A DNA stretch of 64,000 nt from an uncultured Gammaproteobacteria bacterium (GCA_965231125.1 OZ246414.1:643924-707923), one strand, 5' to 3'. Shown: positions 22,507 through 31,542, counted from the stretch's first letter. Translations and numbers: made by a program. The notes: generated by a model from the letters alone, not told the origin.

Positions 22507-23130
22507 TTAGTAACAGGAGGACCAAAGACCTTTGTTATTTTCTTTGGCATACTGTTGGTCTTGGCTAAGTCGATCTTCATATTTGACATCCGGTGGAAAA
22601 GGATCGGCGTAAGCGTAACCTTGCTTAACTAAAAACTCGTTTATAAAAATGTCTTTTCCATTATCGGACGGCAACCAAACGTAGCGAAGCAGCCGGCCGT
22701 ATTTATCCCGCTCAGAAACGTCTTTGGTGAGGCGCACTTTTTTTCCTTCAACAAGTTTTTTATTTTCGGCAGAAGCCTCTTCCCCAAAACACTGTACTGG
22801 CCGGCGGGGATCCACCGTCTCGGGCGTGTTGATTCCGATGTAACGAACCTTAGCGCCACCTTCAAGTTCGATAGTGTCGCCGTCAACAACACGCGTAACC
22901 AAAACTAAATTTTCCTCACTTTTGTCTTTGGCAGCAGCAACTTTACCTTCAGAGCTTTTAGAATTTATTACCGGCTGCGGCAAGGGATGCGTATTGGTGA
23001 CTTCTGTTGTGTCAGAAGATTTTACTGCAGATGGACTTCCTTTATCGGTCGGAACGCTCGGCGAAAAAAGAATTCCGATGCCGGCGATTATTAAGGCCAG
23101 ACTAATAAGAGCGAAAAAACCTTTCTTCAT
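22507..23130 (-). CDS. Thermonuclease (SNase) family, membrane-anchored
   Basis: VVDGDTI, VRYIGINTPE, DKYGRLLRYV, AKENNKGLW. Confidence 0.95.
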   Translation of the reverse strand: MKKGFFALISLALIIAGIGILFSPSVPTDKGSPSAVKSSDTTEVTNTHPLPQPVINSKSSEGKVAAAKDKSEENLVLVTRVVDGDTIELEGGAKVRYIGINTPETVDPRRPVQCFGEEASAENKKLVEGKKVRLTKDVSERDKYGRLLRYVWLPSDNGKDIFINEFLVKQGYAYADPFPPDVKYEDRLSQDQQYAKENNKGLWSSCY

Positions 23131-23190
23131 AACTTAGACAGTATACCTTCTCTTGTTAAGAGTCTCAAATTTGTGTTTTAATGGCACGAG

Positions 23191-23664
23191 ATGGCTAGGA
23201 TAAAAAGTCTAAAGGTAGTGGTTGTCGTCTTCCTCACACTTCTTCTTATCTTTTTATTTACCTTCGCCCGCTCTTACGCTAGTAAAAAATATGTGGTTGT
23301 GATGGTGGGTGGCAGAAAAGTTTTGGCCGAAGTTACGAAGACTCAAGAGGAAAAAACCAAAGGACTCTCCGGCAGAGAAAGTTTGGCAGAAAGTTCAGGT
23401 ATGCTGTTTATCTTCGACAAGGCCGGCATTTACCCTTTTTGGATGAAAGGTATGAAGTTTCCTTTGGATTTTATTTGGATTGCTGGTGGCAAAGTAGTCG
23501 ACGTGACAGAAGACGCGCCAGTCCCGACACCTTCAGAAAAACCTATCTACACCGTCTACCAACCCCAGAAACCAGCGCAATACGTGTTGGAAGTAAACGC
23601 CGGTTTTGTCAAGAAAAACGCAATTAACATTGGTGACTCCGTCCAAAGCTCGGTACTTAAATGA
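23191..23664 (+). CDS. DUF192 family protein
   Basis: GLSGRESL, GMLFIF, FWMKGMKFPLDFIWI, YVLEVNAG. Confidence 0.92.
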   Translation: MARIKSLKVVVVVFLTLLLIFLFTFARSYASKKYVVVMVGGRKVLAEVTKTQEEKTKGLSGRESLAESSGMLFIFDKAGIYPFWMKGMKFPLDFIWIAGGKVVDVTEDAPVPTPSEKPIYTVYQPQKPAQYVLEVNAGFVKKNAINIGDSVQSSVLK

Positions 23665-23732
23665 AACGGATTGACTAGCCCGCTCTGAAAAAGGTAGAGT
23701 TAAAAAGTATATTTAAAGGGGGTGATTCATTT

Positions 23733-23903
23733 ATGTTCTTTGATGATCCAGATCCAAACATGCAGAAAGAAGGCGGCGAACAGGGAAACGAAGGCGAAAA
23801 CAAAGAAGGCGGCGAGAACCAAGGTGGAGACATGGGGCAACAGGGTGAGGGTGCTGATAAGCCTGAAGGCGGAGAAGAATCCGGCGAGAAAAAAGGTTGG
23901 TAA
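23733..23903 (+). CDS. 56-aa acidic G/E-rich disordered microprotein (different frame from the ORF track)
   Basis: TTGACT-17/18-TAGAGT promoter, SD AAGGGGGTGA, MFFDDPDPNMQKEGGEQGNEGENKEGG...KKGW. Confidence 0.7.
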   Translation: MFFDDPDPNMQKEGGEQGNEGENKEGGENQGGDMGQQGEGADKPEGGEESGEKKGW

Positions 23904-23938
23904 TTGATATTCGGTAATATTTTGGATATAGTAGGTGC

Positions 23939-24341
23939 ATGAAGACTGGTACTGCCACGTTGCCATTACACTCCGGGCGAGCACCACGAAAGAATTACGA
24001 CTGCGGATATCAAACCGGAAAATCTTCGGAAGATTTTGTTAAAGACCTACGAGGTGCAACCGGCCAACTTTGAGGCTCTACTAGGGACAGCCGGAGTCGG
24101 TCCAAAGACAATTCGGGCTCTCGCTCTAATCTCTGAATTAATTTACGATGCTCCCGCAAGCCGTGAAGACCCCGTGAAATATTCTTTCGCTCACGGTGGT
24201 AAAGACGGCACCCCGTACCCAGTGGACAGAAAAACTTATGATGCGTCAATAGAAATTCTGCGTAAAGCGGTAAACCGCGCAAAACTGGGTCATTACGACA
24301 AACTCCACGCCCTGCGCCGCCTCCAAACCCCTATTATCTAA
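23939..24341 (+). pseudogene. DUF763-family gene with a large internal deletion and a frameshift
   Basis: N-terminus MKTGTATLPLHSGRAPR joined out of frame to C-terminus GVGPKTIRALALISELIY...SFAHGGKDGTPYPVDR. Confidence 0.8.
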
Positions 24342-24383
24342 TAACCAATTGCGTGGGGGACTCTTTCTTGATATCTTTAAACC

Positions 24384-24962
24384 ATGGAACAAAAGGTGGT
24401 AGAAATCCAAGCCCCACAGCCTCATGAAGAAAGATCGCTTGTTTCTTCTTTAGCAATCGCCGCTTTGATAATTGGAATTTTAGCTTTTATAGTGGGTTTC
24501 GCAGTTGGGAAAATAAGTTTAGCCGCCTCCAGTTCCCAAGGACTCAAACAGCAACCGACTGCTGTAGCCGGCTGGTCTTTATACACCGACAAGGATAATT
24601 TATTCGCCCTCTCGTACCCTCCAGATTGGAAAGCCCAAAAACATGCAAAAGCAGATGCCGACGGCGTCCAGATCCAAGGGAATAAAGGTTACGTGGACAC
24701 CTGGCTGCTGGTAGACCAACCCTTCCTTTTGGGAGAAAAGCAGCAGAACGCACTGTCTGGCCAAAACACTCTCGAAGTTGATGTAAGGGGTAACAAAGCC
24801 TCCGGCACTTTATACAAATACAAGGCGGGGAATTATTTCCTTGTTTTGGTCTTGGGGGACACAACAACTACTCCCCAAGTAACTTTCTGGGCGCAGGCGG
24901 ACGACGATACGACGAAAGATACTGTTTTGAAAATTATTGGATCGTTTAATTTCTTAAATTAA
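24384..24962 (+). CDS. Single-TM surface protein, PsbP-like
   Basis: N-terminal TM, then W..Y.D....F.LSYP.DW. Confidence 0.7.
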   Translation: MEQKVVEIQAPQPHEERSLVSSLAIAALIIGILAFIVGFAVGKISLAASSSQGLKQQPTAVAGWSLYTDKDNLFALSYPPDWKAQKHAKADADGVQIQGNKGYVDTWLLVDQPFLLGEKQQNALSGQNTLEVDVRGNKASGTLYKYKAGNYFLVLVLGDTTTTPQVTFWAQADDDTTKDTVLKIIGSFNFLN

Positions 24963-25357
24963 TGCAAAAAAGTTTTACTGTTCAAACTACAAACTCAAAA
25001 GAAGTTATCGACATTACAGATAAAGTTGGGGAGGTTTTAGAAAATACTCATGAAGGCATCTGTTTAGTTTTTGGGCAACACACTACTTGCAGTGTGATGT
25101 TGGGGGAGTATGAGCCAGGACTTGATGAAGACTTTATAAATATGTTCCGACAGCTTTCCCCAAAAGGCCCTTTTAAACACGCTCACAACCCAGACCATGC
25201 GCCCTCGCACCTGTTCAGTAGTATGGTGGGCGAACAAGTGGTGGTACCAATTAAAGACGAGCAACTTAATCTAGGAACTTGGCAAAAAATAATGCTCGTA
25301 GAATTCGACGGCCCCAGGGAAAGAAAAATTATAGTTCAGGTATTAAAAACTAATTAA
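24962..25357 (+). CDS. yjbQ: YjbQ/UPF0047 family protein
   Basis: DITDKV, HTTCS, HAPSH, LGTWQKIMLVEFDGPRER. Confidence 0.93.
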   Translation: MQKSFTVQTTNSKEVIDITDKVGEVLENTHEGICLVFGQHTTCSVMLGEYEPGLDEDFINMFRQLSPKGPFKHAHNPDHAPSHLFSSMVGEQVVVPIKDEQLNLGTWQKIMLVEFDGPRERKIIVQVLKTN

Positions 25358-25389
25358 TAGCTTAAATTATGGAGAGGGGGTGAAACAAA

Positions 25390-25563
25390 TTGGACAAAAA
25401 AACTGCCTTTCAGGCTCTTACGGTACTATCGGCATTATCGGTACTTTTTTCGGCGTCAGATTTCTTTATGAACACACCTGTGTTTGGCTTGGGTGCGGAT
25501 TCCTGGCTTATCGTGGCCATCACTTTAGGAGTCTGGGCCTTGATAGTTAAACAATGGAGTTAG
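25390..25563 (+). CDS. 57-aa two-TM membrane protein (absent from ORF track)
   Basis: SD GAGGGGGTGA, TTG start, MDKKTAFQALTVLSALSVLFSA...WLIVAITLGVWALIVKQWS. Confidence 0.7.
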   Translation: MDKKTAFQALTVLSALSVLFSASDFFMNTPVFGLGADSWLIVAITLGVWALIVKQWS

Positions 25564-25602
25564 CCCTAGGTGACATAAGCGCAGGTTTTTGATAACTTCC
25601 GC

Positions 25603-25900
25603 AAAAAAGAAGCCCGGTGGGATCTCGCGTACACCGGGCTCTGGAGGAGAGTGGAGTTGGGTTGTGACCGCCGGCCCGGTGATCGATAACCCAAAATCAC
25701 TCTGAACTCCCTATGTTAGACTTGGCAAGGGAAAACCAGCTACAATTGCGAGAAACTAACTGGTGGATTGATGTGAGTTCGGCTTAGACCTCGGTCACCA
25801 AAGGTTGAGAGCAGTTTTTCACCCGGCTGGAGGTTGTTTCTCACTGGCAGCTAGTCGGACTTTCTCCCTCTTCCAATCTCCCTTACCAAGCCAGTTCAAT
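25603..25900 (-). ncRNA. Putative ~300-nt structured RNA, family unknown
   Basis: Nested helices whose + strand C-A/A-C mismatches are G-U pairs on the minus strand; minus-strand terminator at 25603-25641. Confidence 0.6.
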
Positions 25901-25956
25901 ATTACAACATCAGTCAACTTGGATTTCCAATTTAAGGGGGTTATACTTACAATTAC

Positions 25957-26570
25957 ATGGCTAAAATTGCGCTGATTTTAATTTTTTTTTAATTGGCGCT
26001 CTGGCTTGGTTTTTCTTTCTCAGGGGTTACAGTGTCAAAAAAGTAAGCCGTCAAGGGCCAGTAGTCTTTTTTGGTGACAGCTTAACTGCCGGCGTTGGTG
26101 CCGCCCCGGGTCAGGATTTCCCTACACTTGTCGCAAAAAAACTGGGTTTAACCAATGTGATAAACGCCGGCGTTCCCGGAGACACAACCGCTTCTGCCCT
26201 GGCTCGTCTTCAAACCGACGTTTTAGATAAAAACCCTTCTCTTGTTATGGTGCTGCTCGGCGGTAATGATTTTCTGCAAGGAGTTCCAATCGACACAACC
26301 GTCAAAAACGTTGATGAAATTGTCAGAAGAATTTCGGAGTCTGAGGCAGCGGTCGTACTTGTCCACCTAAGATCCAATATTTTGAATGACAAATACAAGG
26401 CGCCGGCGGCACAAATTGCCAAAAAATACCACGCTGCTTTTGTGCCGGAAGTGCTCGATGGAATTCTTGGCCACCAAGACCTGATGGCCGATCAAGTCCA
26501 CCCCAACGCAAAAGGCTACGAAATTGTCGCAAATCGAACTGCACCCTCTGTCAAAAGCCTGCTTCGCTAG
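25957..26570 (+). pseudogene. GDSL/SGNH arylesterase (TesA-like) frameshifted in a T9 tract
   Basis: FFGDSLTAG, NAGVPGDTT, LGGND and DQVHPN blocks; ATG at 25957 reaches TAA after T9 (25982-25990). Confidence 0.85.
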
Positions 26571-26587
26571 TGTATAATTTTGGCGCA

Positions 26588-27157
26588 ATGGAAAAACCTC
26601 CAAAAGTCCGCATCTACACAAAAACCGGCGACAAGGGCGAAACTTCTCTTTTCGGCGGAAAAAGAATAGATAAAGACCACTTGCGAGTCGAAACCTACGG
26701 GACTATCGATGAGTTAAATGCGGCTTTAGGAGCGGCGGCATCGTTCACAAAAGACAAAAAAGTTTTTGACATCATAAAGAAAATTCAAAACGATCTTTTC
26801 AATATTGGCGCCGAGCTTGCTAACCCCCAAAAAGTAGGGAAAGATACCAAGAGGCTATTTCAACTGGGAAAATCAAAAATAGAAGAGCTAGAAAGTATAA
26901 TTGACCATTTGGAAGAAAAGTTGCCACCAATTAGGGAGTTTATTTTACCCTCAGGCACAAGCGAGGCCAGTCTTCTTCACCTAGCTAGAAGTGTGGCGAG
27001 ACGCGCCGAAAGGCGAGTCGTTTCTCTATCAAAAAAGGAAAGGGTCAACCCCGACTTACTCATTTATCTAAACAGACTTTCCGATTTACTTTTTGTCCTT
27101 TCCAGGCATTTAAATAAACAGAAAGGGCTGAAAGAGGCACGTTGGGAAAAAGAATGA
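26588..27157 (+). CDS. pduO: Cob(I)alamin adenosyltransferase, PduO type
   Basis: IYTKTGDKGETSL, YGTIDELN, ARSVARRAER, YLNRLSDLLF. Confidence 0.95.
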   Translation: MEKPPKVRIYTKTGDKGETSLFGGKRIDKDHLRVETYGTIDELNAALGAAASFTKDKKVFDIIKKIQNDLFNIGAELANPQKVGKDTKRLFQLGKSKIEELESIIDHLEEKLPPIREFILPSGTSEASLLHLARSVARRAERRVVSLSKKERVNPDLLIYLNRLSDLLFVLSRHLNKQKGLKEARWEKE

Positions 27158-28278
27158 AAAAGTTATTAGTAACCATCGGGTTGTTAGTAGCCTCTTTTGG
27201 TTTTTTCTATTTTCTCAAACCGGCGGTATCAAACGCACCAACAAAACCCAGCATCCCCACTTCGACTGCCCCCAGCAGCAAGACTAAACAAGTAACAATC
27301 CCAACTTTATCGCTCAACGGAATTTTTGATAATAAAATTGATGTGGAAGGCTTGGATATATCAAAAATTATCAAGTTAATTGCCACCGGTGACGTAATTC
27401 CGGCCCGTGGCGCAAATTGGCCGGCAGTTACCAGTGGAGACTTTACGTATAACTGGAAGAAAACCGCCTCTTTCCTCAAGAGCGGAGATTTAACGCTCAT
27501 AAATTTAGAGGCCCCTTTAATTAAAAACTGTCCGTTGTTAACATCTGGTTTTACATTTTGTGGAGACTCCAGGCACATCAAAGGGCTTTTATTTGCTGGG
27601 GTAGATGTTGCCTCACTATCCAACAATCACATTGGCAATTTTGGGGATTCTGGCATTGACGAGACTATAAATCTTCTGGAAGCAAATAAAATTGGCTGGA
27701 GCGGGTTTAGTCATTTGGATATCGAAAAGGTAAAAGGGGTAAAGTTTGGTTTTCTTGCCTACAACGGTATCGGCACAAGCTTAGACCTTCCAGCAATCAA
27801 GAAAGAAGTTTCCGCAAGCAAGAAAAAGGTGGATGTTCTAGTTATCTCGATTCACTGGGGAAAAGAGTACGAACTCGTCCCCACAACCGCTGGAAATATC
27901 GCTCCGGACGATCCAAAAAAAGTTGGTCCGGCGCTAATCGATGCTGGAGCGGATTTAGTAATCGGCAATCACCCTCATGTCGTTCAAGGAATTCAAATTT
28001 ATAAGCCGCGGAGCGGCTTGCGCTCTGACGAGCTAAACAACAAACTTATAGCGTATGCTCACGGCAATTTTATTTTTGACCAAACTTGGAGCCAAGAGAC
28101 TCAAGAAGGAGTAGTAGGAGAATATATTTTCTACGGCAAGAAATTAATCGACGTGCGCTACCACCCGATTTTAGTAAACGTCTCCTACCAACCGCGGTTC
28201 CTTTCCGAAAAAGAGGGCAAGCACATCCTCGACCGCATGCTCAAATCCACCAAAGAAATTATGTCCAGTAAAAGGTGA
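27154..28278 (+). CDS. CapA/PGA_cap metallophosphatase family protein
   Basis: TGDV, NLEAP, LSNNH, HWGKEY, GNHPHVVQG, GNFIFDQ. Confidence 0.92.
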   Translation: MKKLLVTIGLLVASFGFFYFLKPAVSNAPTKPSIPTSTAPSSKTKQVTIPTLSLNGIFDNKIDVEGLDISKIIKLIATGDVIPARGANWPAVTSGDFTYNWKKTASFLKSGDLTLINLEAPLIKNCPLLTSGFTFCGDSRHIKGLLFAGVDVASLSNNHIGNFGDSGIDETINLLEANKIGWSGFSHLDIEKVKGVKFGFLAYNGIGTSLDLPAIKKEVSASKKKVDVLVISIHWGKEYELVPTTAGNIAPDDPKKVGPALIDAGADLVIGNHPHVVQGIQIYKPRSGLRSDELNNKLIAYAHGNFIFDQTWSQETQEGVVGEYIFYGKKLIDVRYHPILVNVSYQPRFLSEKEGKHILDRMLKSTKEIMSSKR

Positions 28279-28334
28279 CAAAAGTTTAGAGTGTTTTTGA
28301 CAACAAAACTTTTCTTAGAGTAACATTAAAAAGG

Positions 28335-29507
28335 ATGAACCAAGCGCCTTACCCTCCCAACCCAATTAATCTCACCTCACCAGAACCTACTCCCACTCCG
28401 CTAGAGCCGACAACAAACAAATTTCGGATTAATTTTAAAGCTCGGTTACCAAAAAAAGCTTTAACTGCCTCCACCAGTCTCTTAATTATTTTTTTAGTCG
28501 GGGCTGGCTTTCTCCTGCCAAAAATCCAAATATTGCGCTTTACTACAAGAACTCACAAAACAATTTCCGCCTCACTAACCAGTTTAGATTCGGTAGAAGC
28601 ACCTTTAAATAATCTTTATAAATTTGCCACTAAACCTCCTAGCAACACAGCAGTAGCCAAATATCAAAAAAGGGCAGCTACAAAATACTTTGTGGAAGAG
28701 CTAGAAAACTGGGCGAGTAGCCTTTCTTTCACGTTCCAGGGCCTGTCTATCGATAGCACCGGAAAAATCACCTTGGGTGGAAAAGTAGCCGGCTTGTCCA
28801 CGCGAGCAGACGATCAAAATAAAACCTATCTTTCTCAAAGAAGCCTCGCGGAAAAAGTTTCTTCCGAGGAAGCTAACTCAAACGAAATATTATCTGACCT
28901 TAAAACTGGTTTGGAGACTACTAAAACGCTTAGATCTTTGGTCAACCTAAAGAGTGATCTACAAAACCTTGACGCTGACACTGAAAAATACCTCTCGCAG
29001 GTAGGTAAAACTGCGGATTATTACATTTTAATTTCGGATTTGGGCTCGCAGCTCCAAGACATTTTTTCCAGCTCTCAAACTTCGCTTTACGCTTCAGCTA
29101 ACACAAATTCGCTAGTCGCTAGTTTTGACGATACTTCTAAAAAACTTAAAAGTTTGAGGGCGTCTCTTAACGATTTAGGGGATGATGATCTACCTCAAAA
29201 CATTCAAGATTTTAATAATTCTTCAATTCAAGCTTTCGATGTTGTCATAAAATATCTTGATCAAGTTAAAGTGCTCACTTTGAGACAAGATCCAAAGGGA
29301 ATAGTAGACGCAACAAGTAAACTTGCGTTAAAATTAAATAAGCTTACTTTGGAAAGTGCGGCAGGAGAGGTTTCTTTTTGGAAAAATAATGTCGCCTTAA
29401 ATTCCTACGGCAGTTTAAGCAGCGAACACACGACTCTTCTTAAGAAACTGGAAGAGGCTCGTGACAAAAATAGTTTCTTTATGGCAAAATATTTAGGAGG
29501 GCAATAA
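28335..29507 (+). CDS. Membrane-anchored helical hypothetical protein
   Basis: Pro-rich N-terminus, single TM, long helical S/L-rich region. Confidence 0.75.
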   Translation: MNQAPYPPNPINLTSPEPTPTPLEPTTNKFRINFKARLPKKALTASTSLLIIFLVGAGFLLPKIQILRFTTRTHKTISASLTSLDSVEAPLNNLYKFATKPPSNTAVAKYQKRAATKYFVEELENWASSLSFTFQGLSIDSTGKITLGGKVAGLSTRADDQNKTYLSQRSLAEKVSSEEANSNEILSDLKTGLETTKTLRSLVNLKSDLQNLDADTEKYLSQVGKTADYYILISDLGSQLQDIFSSSQTSLYASANTNSLVASFDDTSKKLKSLRASLNDLGDDDLPQNIQDFNNSSIQAFDVVIKYLDQVKVLTLRQDPKGIVDATSKLALKLNKLTLESAAGEVSFWKNNVALNSYGSLSSEHTTLLKKLEEARDKNSFFMAKYLGGQ

Positions 29508-30092
29508 ATGAGTTTTAAAATTTGTGTCTCTGGTGCAGCCGAAGGTGATTGTTTAAATACGATAACGTTAGAAAAAGCCGAAAAGATTGGTGAAGCTATT
29601 GCAAAAGCCGGCGCTGTTTTGGTAACTGGCGCCACTACTGGGATACCAAACGCTGCCGCTCGGGGCGTAAAGAAAAAGGGGGGTATTTCAATCGGCTTTT
29701 CACCAGCCGCAAGTAGAGAAGATCACATCAACCGTTATCATCTTCCCACTACCCATACAGATTTAATCGTTTACACCGGTTTTGGTTACGCGGGAAGAAA
29801 TCTAATTCTCACGCGCAGTGCAGATGCTGTAATTATAATCTGCGGGCGTATCGGCACTTTAAATGAGTTTACCGTTGCTTTTGAAGATCGAAAACCAATC
29901 GGAGTGTTGGAAGAATCGGGTGGAATGGCTGATGAACTGGAAGATATAACTAGAATCGCTCACAAACACCAGTGTAAAGTGCTTTATGAACCGGATCCGG
30001 AAAAGCTAGTAACAGGCTTAATTGAAGACTTGAAAGAGAAATTTAAGCACGACAAAGAAAAACTAACCCCAGTCGGACACCCACCAGACTAA
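29508..30092 (+). CDS. LOG/SLOG-family protein (TIGR00725-like)
   Basis: LVTGATTG, RNLILTRSADA, GRIGTLNEF. Confidence 0.88.
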   Translation: MSFKICVSGAAEGDCLNTITLEKAEKIGEAIAKAGAVLVTGATTGIPNAAARGVKKKGGISIGFSPAASREDHINRYHLPTTHTDLIVYTGFGYAGRNLILTRSADAVIIICGRIGTLNEFTVAFEDRKPIGVLEESGGMADELEDITRIAHKHQCKVLYEPDPEKLVTGLIEDLKEKFKHDKEKLTPVGHPPD

Positions 30093-30158
30093 TTTGATGG
30101 CAGTATACCGAAAATTTGCGCTTGCAGGCTTAACTTTTAGAGAGTAGAATTTATTTTA

Positions 30159-30249
30159 TCGCGGGAAAACCCAGGATTTTAGTCCTGGGGTGTAAAAATC
30201 CCGCGAGAAAACGTCGGAGACCGCGGCCTTTAGGACGCGGATGACGTCA
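30159..30249. mobile_element. Non-autonomous IS200/IS605-type palindromic remnant (PATE-like)
   Basis: Two hairpins with TTTAG loops: CCCAGGATTTTAGTCCTGGG and CCGCGGCCTTTAGGACGCGG followed by ATGACGTCA; no transposase present. Confidence 0.6.
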
Positions 30250-30270
30250 TCCAGAGAGAAGGTGGTACAA

Positions 30271-30528
30271 ATGGCGCAAGAAAAGGAAGTTGGAAAATTC
30301 ACCCATTTTTATGACAAGATAGAAGTCGGTGTGATCGAACTTTCGGCAGGCTTAAAAGTCGGTGATAAGATTCACATTCAAGGCGCTCATGATGATTTTG
30401 AACAAACTGTGGACAGCATGCAACTTGAGCATAAAGGAGTTGACGCTGGCAAAAAGGGAGAAGCAGTGGCAATAAAAGTAGAGAGACCCGTCCACAAAAA
30501 CGATAAGGTCTTTAAAGTAGGTGCTTAA
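30271..30528 (+). CDS. Stand-alone EF-Tu domain II / U32 C-terminal-like beta-barrel protein
   Basis: VGKFTHFYDKIEVGVIEL, LKVGDKIHI, VDSMQ, ND.VFK. Confidence 0.8.
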   Translation: MAQEKEVGKFTHFYDKIEVGVIELSAGLKVGDKIHIQGAHDDFEQTVDSMQLEHKGVDAGKKGEAVAIKVERPVHKNDKVFKVGA

Positions 30529-30569
30529 TTTCTTAATTCTTAACTCTTAATTCTGAATTCTAAATTACT

Positions 30570-31412
30570 ATGTACATTGGAATTGATATTGGTGGAACTC
30601 ACACAAGAGTAGCCGTTGGCGAAAACGGTAGTTACAAAGACAAAAAAGATTTTCCAACTAAAGATTTACTAACAACCCTAGATGAGATAAGAGAAGTAAT
30701 TGACGACTTTGGAAACTTTGAGACTTCCGCAGCCGGTGTTTCCATTGCCGGTCCTTTGAACTTTAAAACTGGAGCTGTCCATAATCCACCAAACTTACCT
30801 GGAGGTCTCGCCGGAAGCTGGTCTGGTAAGGCTCTAGCGGACATTCTTACAGATAAATTAGGTTTGAAAACTGTTGTTTCTCACGATGCCTCGGCGGCTG
30901 CTTTAGCTGAATCCTTATATGGAGCCGGGAAAAATAAAAACCCGGTCCTTTACTACACAATAAGCACTGGTATAGGCAGCGGGTTAGTTGTCGATGGGAA
31001 AATTTATCACGGAATTTACAACCCAGAGGCAGGCCACCAAATACTGCACAAGGACGGTGAGATTTGTCGGTGCGGCCAGAAGGGTGATTTGGAATCTCTA
31101 GCGTCCGGAATTTCCCTTCAGAAGGAATCTGGAAAAAATCCCGCCGAAGTTGAAGGAACCGAAGCGTGGGACAAGGCAATGGAATGGATTGGGGTCGGGA
31201 TTGCTAATTCAATTCTGCATTTTAGCCCGGAAATTGTCGTTGTCGGCGGGGGAATGACAAAACACGGAAATGTCTTTTTTGAACCAGTCCAAAAAGCGGT
31301 GGAGAAATATTTGGCCTTTGTTCCTCAAGTACCAATTGTTCCCGCCGGACTAGGCCAAGATTCTGGTTTAATAGGCGCAATTGAACTAGCCCAACAATCC
31401 GCAAAAACATAA
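30570..31412 (+). CDS. ROK family sugar kinase
   Basis: IGIDIGGT, HDASAAALAE, STGIGSG, EAGH, CRCGQKGDLE. Confidence 0.93.
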   Translation: MYIGIDIGGTHTRVAVGENGSYKDKKDFPTKDLLTTLDEIREVIDDFGNFETSAAGVSIAGPLNFKTGAVHNPPNLPGGLAGSWSGKALADILTDKLGLKTVVSHDASAAALAESLYGAGKNKNPVLYYTISTGIGSGLVVDGKIYHGIYNPEAGHQILHKDGEICRCGQKGDLESLASGISLQKESGKNPAEVEGTEAWDKAMEWIGVGIANSILHFSPEIVVVGGGMTKHGNVFFEPVQKAVEKYLAFVPQVPIVPAGLGQDSGLIGAIELAQQSAKT

Positions 31413-31413
31413 C

Positions 31414-31483
31414 TATTCTTCGAGTGATCCGCCAGATGGCGGAGAATCGAGAAGCTTTAGTTCTCGACTTCGCTCGAACAATA
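31414..31483. repeat. Composite REP-like palindromic element
   Basis: TCGAGTGA..CGCTCGA outer stem enclosing TCCGCC-AGAT-GGCGGA and TCGAGAA..TTCTCGA; CCGCC-N4-GGCGG also occurs at 7472-7485. Confidence 0.65.
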
Positions 31484-31542
31484 AAAAGTGCAGCTCACGT
31501 TGCATTTAGATCTCGCCTAGCGAGAGCGCAGCAATCGTGAGC

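Noticed and set aside
23722-23987. ORF-track calls 23722-23907 and its antisense ORFs
   Set aside because: The GTG start lies inside the SD; the ATG frame at 23733 is correctly spaced from it
25845-25875. Minus-strand GAGAAAGTCCG as the RNase P RNA 5' motif
   Set aside because: The matching 3' P4 motif (AGAA..CGGCTTA) is absent on that strand; a similar string occurs only on the opposite strand
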